This document shows positions 28,201-41,587 of a stretch of DNA of 64,000 nt, one piece after another. Made by a program: the position numbers and the translations under genes. The notes under the pieces were generated by a model, which had not been told where the DNA came from, did not search any database, and worked only from the letters and a program-made list of their open reading frames with translations. The DNA comes from Cenococcum geophilum (lineage: Eukaryota). The stretch covers positions 18,042,001 to 18,106,000 of the forward strand of contig CP158635.1 in assembly GCA_050273025.1 (NCBI GenBank). Reading direction: 5' to 3'. Each line of letters opens with the position of its first letter. Positions within the stretch are counted from its first letter, which is position 1.

Positions 28201-31200
28201 ACCGGCTTACCAGCTTAGCCGTTATAGCCTTTTACTTAAACAGGCTTCTCTAGTTAGGTAGCTTTTATATTTAGAAACTTAGCAACATTATTTATATAGG
28301 CAGTATTTATAAAGGCAAAGCCGTTTACTCTAGTGTTAATAAGGGCGCTTGTATTAACTCCATATCTATTTTAAGATACTATATATAGAACTATAAAGTA
28401 TTTTCTACCCATTAACTGACTTAGATTAATCTCTTTAAGATTAATAGGATACCCTAGGGGGGAGTTTTTCCCTAGGGTTCCTCTTTTCCCGACTTATTAA
28501 ACGTTTCTCCTTTCTCTATCTCCTTAATATTGCCTATATCCTTTAGCTTTAGGTAAAATAAGGCAAAGTAACTATCCTTGTTGCAGTTATAGCAGGTAAT
28601 CATAGCAGGGTTAATTAGGGTATTACGGCGATTACTAGTTAAGGGCGTAGTACGCGGCGGGTTAGGCGAGGCTCGCGGATATATAGTAGTAACCGCTTTT
28701 AGAGTAGGGACTACAGTGGCTTATCTTCCTACTCTAGCTCCTATAGGTATAGTTAATAGGTTCTAGGGTCGCTTCTACTAATTAGGGCGGGTATTAATTC
28801 GCTTTAGTTCTAAATTTAATAATAGGCAATATGTTACGGACGCTTTAAGTATAATGTTACGACTATTTAGAGAAGAGACGGAAGAAGCTAGTTGGTTAAT
28901 TTAAGCACGGTCTAGGATAGAGCCGATAGAGCTATGTGACGAGGAATGGTAACTAAGGTCATATAATGTAATCTGTATAATCTATAGGATCTATATAATC
29001 CGTAATAGAGTAGATAAAGTACACGTATATTACGTATAAGAAGGATTTTATAGGAGTACGGTTGTGTATTTAAGGACCCTTAGTCCCTACCTAGATAGTT
29101 CCTTCCTTATAGTAATTCTTAGAATACAATTAGAGTTAATTTATTAGGCAACCACTCTACCAGTTATTATTACGTTGTTAACTTTAATTTATATTACCTA
29201 TATACCTAGCCTAATAACGAGCCTACCGTAGTACCTACTATAAGGTTCCGTTACATAATTACTACCTAGTTATAGTATTAAATATAAAAAGTTAAATAAT
29301 ATACCACCAAAAGCAGCCACTACGACGCTATTAACGGCGGTAACTACTTTAAGGTTAGGAGGCGATACTAGTATAGCAGATACTGACTTATAGCAACCTA
29401 TAACGGTTAGATAACTATAAGAGATAGTTAACTAGTTAATAACTAATAATGCGGCGCTAGAAGAAAGGGTTAATAAAATAGGAGCAGCGAAGATTAAGTT
29501 ACTATTAATTAAGAGATACTTAGGAGAGAGGTTAAAGCTTAAAGGATTTCTTATATAAATGTACTTTAAAGTTATATAGGAAGGGGTAAAGCTACTAACA
29601 CCTATAGATCGAATAGCCTACGCAGGACTATTCCTATTAGGAAGAGCACTTAAGTGGTTTAAGCTTTACCTTATAGAAATATAGGCAAATAGAATAACAA
29701 CCACTAATTAAAAGGTGCGGTTTATATTTTTAAGCTAGAAAGGGTTTATAGAGCGACTTATATAAATATTTAGAGACCTAGAGGCGGTAACTATAGCGGA
29801 AAGAAAACTCTAAGATATTATATAGTAAACCTTAGCAATTGAGTATATAATATAGTTTTAGACGTTAGCTATATAAGTTAAGTAGAATAATAAGGCGCTT
29901 ATAGCATAGTATAAGCAAGGACTTAAGGCTAAAGTCTAGGACGTGATTATCCTAATGGAAGATACGGATACCCTATAGAAACTAATAGATTAAGTAATTA
30001 AGATTAATAATTGGATCTACTAAAGGGAATAGGCTAAGAGAGGCTAGGATAGAGTTCTATAGTTATATAAGACGTAAAGTACGTAATAACTAAAGCAAAG
30101 TTAGAAATTATAGTATAGCGTAGAGCTAATAGACCTAAGTGGTACTTAAGAAGCCTATAAGAGATAGAGTAAGAAACTATAAAAACCTAAAGGTTAAGAA
30201 TCTAGTAATTATAGGATTAAGGAGCAGAGGCTAAACCAGGGATCTTAGTAGTAGAAGATATTTAGGCGGACTTTATAGCAAAGTTAGTGGTTTAAAGATA
30301 GAGCTTATATAAATTGCGGGAAATAAGGTTATTTTATAAGGGATTGCAAAGAGAGTTAGAGTTATTATACAATAAAGGGAACTAGACTAGTAGTAGAAGA
30401 TACACATATATAGAGGAATAATAGTATACTATAAGGAATAAAAGAGTGTTTAATTAGAAGTTTTGCGTTTTGTTATAATAACGCATGCCAAATTTATAAA
30501 GACGCTAAGTATGGCGTAAGCTATTAGCTATAGGAGCTAAAATCCTTAGAGTATAGGGGAACTAACGAACTAGTTCGCAGATTAGATATTAAAGATAATA
30601 ACTTTAACATAGGCGAAACACTCTATAACGATAAGGTAATATAGGTAGTTTACTAGGAATATATAGACCTTAAAGATATTATACTAAAGGTAGAGGATAA
30701 TTCTACTATAGAATAGGGAACATTAGTAGGGATTAAGACCCTACTAGATATAATATCTATCGCTTTACAAGACGTAAGAGAAGTAGGACGATAAGCTACT
30801 TTAGTACTTAATAAAGGCAAAAGGCTAAAGGCTTAAGATTCTTAAGATAAGATAAAAGATAACTAAGATTTTTAAAACGAGATAAGGTAAGCTTAAGGAC
30901 CTATAATAGACGATAACCGGTAGAGTAGAGCAATAGCTTAGTTTAAAGATATATAAATAAGCTCGGGATAGAGTTTCCTATAGGTATAAGACTTTTAAGA
31001 TAAAATAAGTAAGATTTAAGACTCTTAAGATGAGATAAGAATATCTAAGCCTAGTTGGACTAAGGTAGGAGCTAAGCTTAAGTTAGAAGCAAGCTTAAGA
31101 TTAAAGAATCTAAGGGACTAGGAATTTAGAGCACGAATAAGGACACCTATAAGGAAGAGGTAAGAGGCTTCCTTATAGATTAGAGAATCTATAGTATAAA

Positions 31201-32127
31201 TAGTAATTAAACTAGGAGATAGATATATAGACCTTATTAGGAAAATGTTTATGCCTCCTAATAGTACTAATAGGCTCTTAATAGCTCCTATTAGGGCTGC
31301 CAGGATCTCTAAAAGATACTTACACTCGGTTTCCTATTAGGAGCCTATTAGGAGGCCGCCCGGACTAAACGGACTAAATAGATTAAACGGACCTCTAGGA
31401 CCTCTAGGACCTCTAAAACAATTAGGACAATTAGGACAATTAAAATTCTAGATTTCAAAATAAGGTATATTAATACTCTAGTATTTATAGCAATTAAAAT
31501 ATAAAAATTAGGTTAATTTTAGGCCCTATTCTATATATACGATGCTTTAAGCAATCTAAATAATCTAAATCGATCCTTCCTACCTACCACCTATGTCTAT
31601 GTCTGTGTCTGTATCTACTTAGGCGTTAAGCGATCAATTAAAAAGATAAGGGGTAAGGCTCTCGCAGAGGCTCCAAACCGTCAATTGGCGGTATTTTCAA
31701 TAATCCGCCGGTCGTGTACTGATTTCCTAACTAGGCCTAGTGCCTGCCTATCCTACCTGTCCTACCATCCTACCTATTCATACCTACCTGTCTATGTCTG
31801 CCTGTCCCTGCCTGTCGTGCCTACCTATACCTACCTATCTGTATCTGTAATTTGGGGGAGAGGTCGGCCCGATTAAAGACTCTGCTTAATTCGATTGCGA
31901 TTAATTGCATTAATTCGAATCGTTCTCTATAGGCGTTCGCTAGCTATATATTTAAACGGTAGTCGTCTAGGGTGCCTCCCTAGAAGGCCTTAATTTGATT
32001 TAATTCGGTAACGGGCTAATATCGAGACTCTGGTTCGATTTAATCAATCGTGGTATTCGCTGGCTAGTTGTTTAAGCGATTATTGTCTGGCTCTGGCGAC
32101 GGTCTCTGGTTCTAGCAATAGCCTTCT

Positions 32128-32155
32128 CCTACCTGCCTACCTACCTACCTACCTA

Positions 32156-32202
<47 letters not shown>

Positions 32203-32259
32203 ACCTGCCTACCTACCTGCCTGCCTACCTACCTGCCTACCTACCTGCCTACCTACCTG
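32128..32259 (+). repeat. (CCTA/CCTG)n compound tetranucleotide microsatellite, ~33 units
   Basis: Direct read of the sequence. Confidence 0.95.
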
Positions 32260-32685
32260 CGTTAGTGTCTGGTTTAATTCGGGGGAGGAGTAGGCCTAAT
32301 CGAAGGCTCTAATTAATTCAAATTGTTCTCTATAGCCGTTCGCTAGCTGTATATTTAAACGGTAGTCGTCTGGGGTGCCTCCCTAGGAGGCCTTAATTCG
32401 ATTTAGTGACGGGCTAATATCGAAGCTCTGGTTTAATTTAATCGATCAATTAATTAAATCGTTCGTAGTGTTTACTGGCTAGTCGTTTAAACGGTCGTCG
32501 TCTGGTTTTGGCAACGATCGTCTAGTTCTGGCGACGGTCCTCTACTAGCTGCCGTTTACCTCCTAAGGTAGGGAGGATATAAGGAAGGGTAAAAAATAAG
32601 GTGGCTATAAAGGGGGTAACTTAGCAGAGGCACGTATAGGCTATCGGGAATATAGCGGGGACCCGATAGTAATATATATTATGCG

Positions 32686-32973
32686 GAGCTTTATATAGAG
32701 CCTTTATACGCAGAGCTTCGCGTAAAGCCTTATATAGAGCCTTTATATATAGAGCTTCATACAGAGCTTTATATAGAGCTTTATACAGAGCTTTATATAG
32801 AGCTTTATGCAGAGCTTCGTATAGAGCTTTATATAGAGCTTCGTATAGAGCTTTATACAAAGTTTCGTATAGAGCTTTATATAGAGCTTTGTGTAGAGCT
32901 TTGTATAGAGCTTTATATAGAGCTTCGTACAGAGTTTTATATAGAGCTTTATACAGAGCCTTATATAGAGCCT
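32686..32973 (+). repeat. 12-bp minisatellite (AGAGCTTTATAT-like), ~23-24 units
   Basis: Direct read. Units vary mainly by C/T and G/A transitions. Confidence 0.9.
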
Positions 32974-34695
32974 TAGTAGTATCGCTTAAGGGGTATATAT
33001 AGAGTATTGCTTTAGGGGGGGTATCCCGCCAGGAACCTAATAGGACGATTAGGAAATACTGGTTTCCTATTAAGAGCCTGTTAAGACGATTAAAAAATAC
33101 TAGTTTTCTATTAAAAGCCTAACAGGACGATTAGGAAAATCGAAGATCCTAGTAGGAGCCTGTTAGGATAATTAGGACGATTAAGATCCTAGTAGGCTCC
33201 TAGCAGGAGCCTATTAAAACAACTAAAATAATTAGGAAAATTAAAATCCTAGCAGGAGGCCTCTAGGATCTTAGCACCCTAACAAAATACTAATACTAGA
33301 AGACTTACTAGAAGAATATAGTGTTTAGCCTAAGGATTAAAAAGTTAATACTAAAATTAAGAAGTAAGATAACTTTAAGGATCTACTTATAAGACGTAAA
33401 AGGAAAGAAACTATAGAGGAATTTAGAGCAAGAATTACCTTATAGTAAGAACAGAAACTAAACAAGAGATTTAGTATACTAGGTCGTATAAGGGATAGAG
33501 TACCTATATAAAGAATCACTAATAGGCCTAAAATAGGCATATTAAGAGCTAAGTGGCTTACCAAACTAGAACAAAAAGAGGATTTAGGGGTTTTAATTAG
33601 GTTTAAAGAACAATATATAAAGGGCTGTTATAATATAGTAATAAGAAGATACTTTCTTACGGACGAATGTTACGGACGCTTTAAGTACAATGTTACGACT
33701 ACTTAGAGAAGAATTAGAAAAAGCTAGTTAGTTAATTTAGGCACAGTCCAGAATAGAGCCGGTAGAACTATATAATGAGGAATAATAACTAAGGTTATAT
33801 AATATAATCTATATAATCTATAGGATCTATATAATCCGTAATAGAGCAGATAAAGCATACGTATATTATATACCAGGAGGATTTTATAGGAGTACGGTTG
33901 CGTATTTAAAGGACTACAGTCGCTATCTAGATAGTTCCTTCCTTATAGTAATTCTCGGAATATAATTAGAGTTAATCTATTAGGCAACTACTCCACCAGT
34001 TATTATTACATTATTGACTTTAACTTGCTTTACCTATATACCTAGCCTATTAATAAGCCCACTATAGTACCTACTACAAGGTTCCGTTATATAATTACTA
34101 CCTAATTACGGTAATAAGTGTAGAAAGTTAAATAATATGCCACTAAAAGCAGCCACTATAACGCCATTAATGGCGGCAACTACTTCGAGGTTAGGAGGAG
34201 ATACTAGTATAGCGGACACTAACTTTTAATAACCTATAACGGTCGGATAATTATAAAAGATAGTTGACTAATTAATAGCAAACAACGTAGTAATAGAAGA
34301 AAGGGTTAATAGGATAGGTGCGGTAAGGATTAAGTTACTATTAATTAAAAGATACTTAGGGGAAAGATTAAAGCTTAAAGGATTCCTTATATAAATACAC
34401 TTTAAGGTTATATAAGAAGGAGCTAAGCTACTAACACTTATAGATTAAATAGCCTATATAGGACTATTCCTATTAGGAAGAGTACTTAAGTAGTTTAAGC
34501 CTTACCTTATAGAGATATAGGTAAATAGAATAACAACTACTAACTAAGAGGTGCGGTTTATATTCTTAAGCTAGAAAGGGTTTATAGAGCGACTTACATA
34601 AATATTTAGAGACCTAGAGGTAGTAACTACGGCGGAAAGAAAACTCTAGGACATTACGCAATAAACCTTAGCAATTAAGTATATAACATAGTTCC

Positions 34696-37600
34696 TGTCA
34701 CAGCACTGACCTAACGCATACTATTTTATACTATCTCGTACTGTTTCCTACTATTAGCTAGCCCACCACTAGCGACTTAGCGGCCGGCCCTACTATTTCT
34801 ATATAATACCCCCTTTCTACCTTTTTCCCCTCTTTATACCACAACGTAGTTATTTAGTCTACTTTATTGTAGCACTATAACAGTTTATAGTATCTTTAAT
34901 TTACGCCCTATCGCGATCACTAATTCCTTATACCCTAGTTAATTAACCTCCACCCTAGAGCAATCGCGATCTACACACGCCTCTGCTAAAACTAATACGT
35001 CCCTAGAATAGTCCTAAAACAATCCTTAGTTTTTACCTAGCGCCTAAATAGGCGACACTAATAACGCCAAAATGGCCGAAACCTAAAACCCCCGCGATAT
35101 CTTTATAGACCACTTTATAGAGACATACCCTAATATTATATAGATAATCCGCTACTCCCTACTATACCTAAAGACCTTTAAGCCCAGCAAAGCTTACCTT
35201 ACCCTTATTAACTATATTAATGAGTTCCTTAACAATATTAAAGTAGGACTATAGTATATATATAATATAAACACCGCTAATAAGAAAGCTAACGAAAACC
35301 TTAGTACCCTTATCGCTTCCTAGACAGGAACTATTAACTCCTAAGTAGAGACTATTACCGTTCTAAAACAATTAACCCCTATAATAACGGTAGTAACCTA
35401 GTAAAAAAAACGGAGATCTAAAAACCCGCTAATATTTAGCGGAAAAGGCACCCCGCTAAAATAATAAGCTAATTTTAAAACCTAACACATTAAGATTAAA
35501 GGAGTCTTTAACCGGGACTGGGATTACTTTAACATAGTTTAGTCCTAGATCCTTTACATCTCGGATATACTAAAAGATAAGGCCTATAAGTTTATTAAGT
35601 AGGGCCTAGAGCTTATATACAAGAACCTAAACAATATATCTACGTGGAAATGGCCTACTAAGAAAGATATACTTAAAGACCTTACTACTTACTATAAGGT
35701 CCTTAATATAACCTAGGTTGTAAAGAATAAGCTTAACCATTTCCCTTAGGGTAAGCGTAATTACTAGTCCTAGAAGGGAGAGCTTAATAAGCTAATAGTC
35801 CGCGCCAAGAAGACAGATAAATAAAAGGTGGACCTACTCCAAAAGTTTATCTCTCTAAAGATAGAAGAGTTAGTACTTAGACTTGCCTATAAAATTAACA
35901 ACAGCGACTATATAGGTTAGAGTAAGCAGATGGATATATTTGCTAAGAACCTCGCGAACTATATACACTAAGCCAACCTTAAGAAGAACGCTAACCACCG
36001 CCTACCTACCTAAGCCTCTGCCCCTATATTAACCTTAACCCTAGTAGTAACTAAAGAACCTATAGACCTTAATAGAATCTTAAATATAGAGCGTAAGCGC
36101 CGCGTTAATAATAGACTATACCTTACCTATAGCCTGCCCGGCCACTAAAAGGATGCCTATAACCCTACTAAGACAGCAAACCTAGTTCTAATACTACCCC
36201 ATTAAACGACGTAAACTAATAACCGCGGATACGGCGACTGTGGAGTCTATTATAGACGCGGCGACCGCGGAGCCTATTATAGCCGCGGCGGATAACCCTC
36301 CCCCTTTAACCCTACGGCTTAGTTACTCTAAACTATGCCCTATATAGGAGCCCAACCCGTTAATAACGCCTAGTATTAGCAACTTTGCATTAGCAAATAC
36401 GAACACGGCTATGTTGTTAGTAAGGTATTATCTTCCTATACCCTAACTAAAACTAAGACCAATACTGCTAGCTAGACGGACACTGGACCACCCCGTTAAG
36501 ACAGCTCTATACCCTAGTTATTAAAAGGTAGACCCTTAGACTAAGTCGCGTCTAAGGGTCTAAACTATATAAGGAGGAAGATAAGAAGATTAGGTCCCTA
36601 TTACTAAATTAATTAGTCCTTTTTATTAGTAAACTGCTACTTAATCTTAAATCAGTAAATAGTAATAAGAAATTAATCCTTATTTAAACCTAACTCTCCT
36701 TATTACGTAACCTATACCCCTAAGTTTATATTAATATAGTAAGCCTAGTAGACTCCGGTAGTACTATAATGGCATTTACTAACGTAGAGTCTATTATAAA
36801 AAAGTATAATATTATAACTAAGAAGCTACTAGTACCTAGGCTACTACACCTTATAGATAGTATTCTAACTTTGCTTATTACGGACTACTTTACCACCTAA
36901 ATATTAATCGGCCTCTATACTAAAGCCATACTCTTTTTTATTACTAAACTCTTACCTACTACCCTAATTATCCTAAGTATGCCCTAGCTTTAGAAGCACG
37001 AGCCCCGTCCTAGCTTTAAGAAACTTAAGATCTACTTTAACTTAGACTATTACTCTAGGCACTACCTCCCGTAAGGGATAACCGACGTTAGTAGGGACGC
37101 CTTATATAGATACTTAGCACTACTAAGCCTAGTGCCTAGGACTATATATAAAGCCCTAATAATAAAAGACGTTCTTAATAAAGGGGAGCCTATATAGCTG
37201 TAAAGAAATAAGATAGTGGAAGACTAGACTACCTTAGCACTTAAGACTAAAACGACGGGCTAGCTAGCCCTACTAAGACTAAGGAAGAAGGTCTGCTTTA
37301 TACCGCTACTATTAAAAATCTAACCCTAATCTAGGCACTATTTAAACCCTAACTACCTAGCCTAATACCCAGAACTAAGCTATATACTATATACGCATAC
37401 TATAGCTTATATTATAGCAAGGATTAGCTATAGAACTACTAAGACCTAGATAATAGAAACCGCGCCATTATAACGCCTAACCTTATACCCGTCTCCCGCG
37501 CGTACTATATAGGGCCGCCGCCTTATTTCCGCCCCTCTGGGCCAACTAAGCTATACTAGCCTAGCTATAGCACTGGAGAACTAGATATGCCCTAACCTAG

Positions 37601-40600
37601 ATAATATTAAATACACTTATGCTATTAATTTCACCCAGTTTTATAAATAAAAAGATATAAAGGTAATAAGGATCTATATAGCGGAGCTAATAGAACTAGT
37701 TAAATAAGATAAGTATTAACAGCTACTTAAAGAGCTGCCTATAGGCCTAATAGAAGTATTAAACCTATTAAAAAGGTCTTTCCGCTGGCTAGTAGAAGGC
37801 GACTATACGATAAAGGAAGCCCGTAAAGTGCTCCCCCCCCTATTTCTATAACTTCCTTAAGATAAATCTAAAAACTAAACCTAAGCTTTTACGTCGGAAG
37901 ATAGTTAATACTAATATTAAAAAATTCCTAAAAGCCAAACCAGGATTAACCCGCGAAGATATTCTATAACGCCTACTAAAGGAGTTTAATAAATATATTA
38001 AGCACTTCCTCCCTAAAAACGTAGATAAGCTACCCCCTTACCAACCATAGGACTATAAAATTAAGATTACCCCCGGAAACTAGGCCCCGTACTATAAAAA
38101 TAGACCACTCTTACCTACTAAACTTAGGTATATAGAAGTGGATTAATAAGATGCTAAATAAGGGTTTTATCCACGAATTAACCTTACTAGCTACTATACC
38201 ACTCCTCCTCGCTACTAAGCCTAGCGGCGGTATATAAATCTGCTATAACTACCAAGGCCTAAATATAGTTACTATTAAGAATTAATACCTACTGCCACTA
38301 ATCCGCGAGACACTTGACGCACTTTATGGTGCTAAGTACTTTACTAAACTTAATATAATTACTGTGTTTAACCAGATCCGGATTGCGGAGGGCTATAAGT
38401 AACTTATAGTATTTATTACCCGGTTCGGACTCTATAAGATACTAGTTATACTATTTAGCCTTTATAACGCACCCGCTATATTCTATATAACGCCCTTAAC
38501 AACTACTACACCGCCTACCTTAATAACGTCCTTATCTTCTCTAAAACACGCGCTAAGCATACTAAGTATATAAATAAAGTTATCCAAAGACTTAGTAATG
38601 CTGGACTTTAGATTAATATTAATAAGTCTAAGTTCTACTCTACTAAAACAAAATACCTTAGCTTAATTATCTTAACTAATAGCATAACTATAGACCCTAA
38701 GAAGGTACAGGCCTTATAGAAATAGAAGGACCCAATATTAATTAAAGAACTACAACAATTTCTTAGCTTCGCGAATTTCTACTAACGATTTATCTAAGGC
38801 TACTCTGCTATCGCTACACCTATAATAAAACTCCTAAAGAAGGATATTAGATGGCTATAGGGACTAGAATAAGCCAAATTATTTAAGGCCCTTAAGGGAG
38901 CCTTTACTTTAGCACTAGTACTAGTATACTATAACTATACGAAGAAAATAGTAGTAGAAACAGACGTATTAAATTAGGCTTCTAGTAGAGTCCTTTCCCA
39001 ATATAATAATAACGGAAAATTAAGACTAGTTATATTCTTCTCTATAAAACACTCTGCGCTAGAGTATAACTACGAGATCTATAATAAAGAACTCTTAGTT
39101 ATTGTTAAGGCTTTAGAGGAATAGCGTCCTAAGCTATAAGGGACTAAGGAGCTATTTAAAATTATTACCAACTATAAAAACCTACAGACGTTTATAACTA
39201 CTAAGTAGCTAAACTAGCGCTAAATCTAGTAGGCAGAGTTCCTTTTATAGCTTAACTTTATAATTATATATAGACCCAGCAGCAAAGCTACGCTCCCTAA
39301 TACCCTAAGCCGGCTACTAGAAATAAGGCCTAAGGACACTAATAATAAACGCCTCCGCTACTAAGCCTAAGTCGTTATACCTCCCTAGAAAGTTAACCCT
39401 ATAATCTTAGAAGAATTACTATATAAGTCCCGTAACTCTAATAACGCGGAGTTTATAGCCGCTCTAGACCCTAAAATAGCCGAAAAGTTACTAGATAAGT
39501 TAATCTAGCTAAAATACTAGGAGAATAAACTCGTAAAAGATATAGTAGCAGCCCTACGTAATTAGAAAGCTCGCTATTAGCTAAAGAAGATTAGGAAATT
39601 ACTCTATTATAATAAGTTAGAATATAGTATCGTTAATAAACAGATCTACTTCCGCTAACGTCTCTTCGTCCCTAACGCCCTAGACCTCCGCCTAGAAGTT
39701 ACCCATTACTCTTATAGTAGCGGCCCCACTAGTTACCCCAGCTGGGTTAAAACTCTTAACCTTTTAAACTAAATATACTAGTAGCTAGGAATCTCCTAGT
39801 TTACAGCTACCTTTATTAAAGACTATACCCTATACTTTCGCACTAAGACCCCCTATTCTACCCTACCTAATTTCCTAAAGCTACTAGAATTACCCGCCCG
39901 CCCATAAACCGATATCTTAATTAACTATATTATAACGCTACTAGTATACTAACACTACGGTAAGGTATATAAATATATCCTTATTATTATAGACCGCCTA
40001 ACTAAAATATAATACCTTATTTTAGTTATAGGACTCTTAATAGAGGAGCTAGTTAATAGCTTTGTTAATAATATATATAAGCTCTATAGTGCACCAAACA
40101 CAATTATCTCCAATCGCGGTATATAATTTATTAGCAACTTCTAGCGACAACTAAGTAAACGCCTTAAGACAACCTTATAACCAAGCTTAGCCTAATACCC
40201 AGAAACGGACGGCTAAACTAAAATTATTAACGCTGCCGTAAATAAATACCTTTATACTTTTATTAGCTTTATATAGGACAACTAGGTTAACTACCTACCG
40301 CTTACTAAGTTTGCTATAAATAACTAAGTTAATAAGAGTATAGGCATCTCCCCGTTTTTTATAAACTATGGCTTTAACCCTTACCTTAGAATTAAGCCTG
40401 CTGGCCCCTACCTACCAACACTATTAGTATAAGTAAAGAAGGAGTTCTTCTATACAGACTCTATGGCTAACCGCTTTAAGCGGATATTAATATAGCTTAA
40501 GGCCCTAGCCCGGATTTTATAGTAACGCTATAAAGATAATGCTAATACCTATAGGGATAAGAGCGCGTTATTCTACAAAGGCAATATAGTTATAGTTAGC

Positions 40601-41587
40601 TTAGAAAATATAAAGATAAATAGATTTAAGAAGAAATAGGATGACAAATAGGACAGCCTATACCCCGTACTTATAGTATACTAAGGGATAATTATAGTAG
40701 ACCTCCCGGACTATATCTAAGTAAATAAATTCTTTTATATATCTAAGGTCTGCCTCTAGGCCGCTAAAGAGATCCCTAGTTAAGTAAATATTAATACTAT
40801 AGAGCACCGTAATATATAAGGACGAGTAGTAAAAAGAGATAATAACGGCAATATAAAAGACAAATAAAAGTTTAAGAAAATCCTTAATGTACATAATAAA
40901 GACCCCTAGGGCCTAACTTATAAGATTAAATGGAAATATTATAAGGATATAACCTAGCAGCTAAAGGAAGACCTAAAGGGTTGCGAACAAGCTATACAGC
41001 ACTTTTATAAGTAACACCCTAAGAAGCTAGAACCCCCAGACTGGGCACGAGATAAGGAAAAGTTACACTAAGGTCGCGGCCAACCACCATATTAAAATTT
41101 GTGGTGGTTAAAATGTTATAAAACTTTAACCAGCGGTTAAAGTTGTCTAATTAGCCAAATTCTTACTAAGAAACGCCACGCGGACCAATTTAGGTGGCGG
41201 TATAGAGTTCTACCGACTTTACTTACTAAACTAACCAATTAGGATTTTCTATGCCCGGTATAGAAAATCGCCATTAGCTTAGTTAAGGGCGGTAAGCAAA
41301 ACTAATATCTTTGCAGTAAAAAATAGGCAACCCTATATACTGCCTATTTTTAAGTTATTTATTTAGTTTAGGGACCAAACTATCTAAGGGAGAGGAGTAT
41401 TGTTACGGCACTGACCTAACGTATACTGTTTTATACTGTCTCGTACTATTTCCTACTATTAGCTAGCCCACCACTAGCAACTTAGCGGCCGGCCCTACTA
41501 TTTATATATAATACCCCCTTTCCACCTCCTTCCCCTCTTCATACTACAACGTAGTTATTTAGTCTACTTTATTATAGCACTATAACA
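34696..41587 (+). mobile_element. Gypsy/chromovirus family B (complete, 6.9 kb)
   Basis: 187-bp LTRs at 34696-34882 and 41401-41587, TSD gttcc (34691-95, 41588-92), PPT aagggagaggag. Protease LVDSG ~36745, RT ~38100-38700, integrase PETDG(Q)T ~40200, chromodomain ~40860-41045. Confidence 0.93.
41116..41278 (+). other. Multi-palindrome non-coding module in Gypsy B 3' UTR (copy 2)
   Basis: Homologous to 22019-22181 and lies between the pol stop and the PPT. Confidence 0.8.

Larger units (their letters stand above)
31235..33295. mobile_element. 2.06-kb non-autonomous DNA-transposon-like element (possible CMC/EnSpm superfamily)
   Basis: Interrupts the A1 sequence atagacct|agaagac (the intact site is seen in A2 at ~42936). 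It has a 2-bp CT duplication, 6-bp inverted ends tattag...ctaata, and clustered cctRnYagg palindromes near both ends. Confidence 0.7.

Noticed and set aside
32686..32973. CRISPR-like or telomeric array
   Set aside because: It is a head-to-tail 12-mer with no unique spacers and no TTAGGG, in a eukaryotic TE context.
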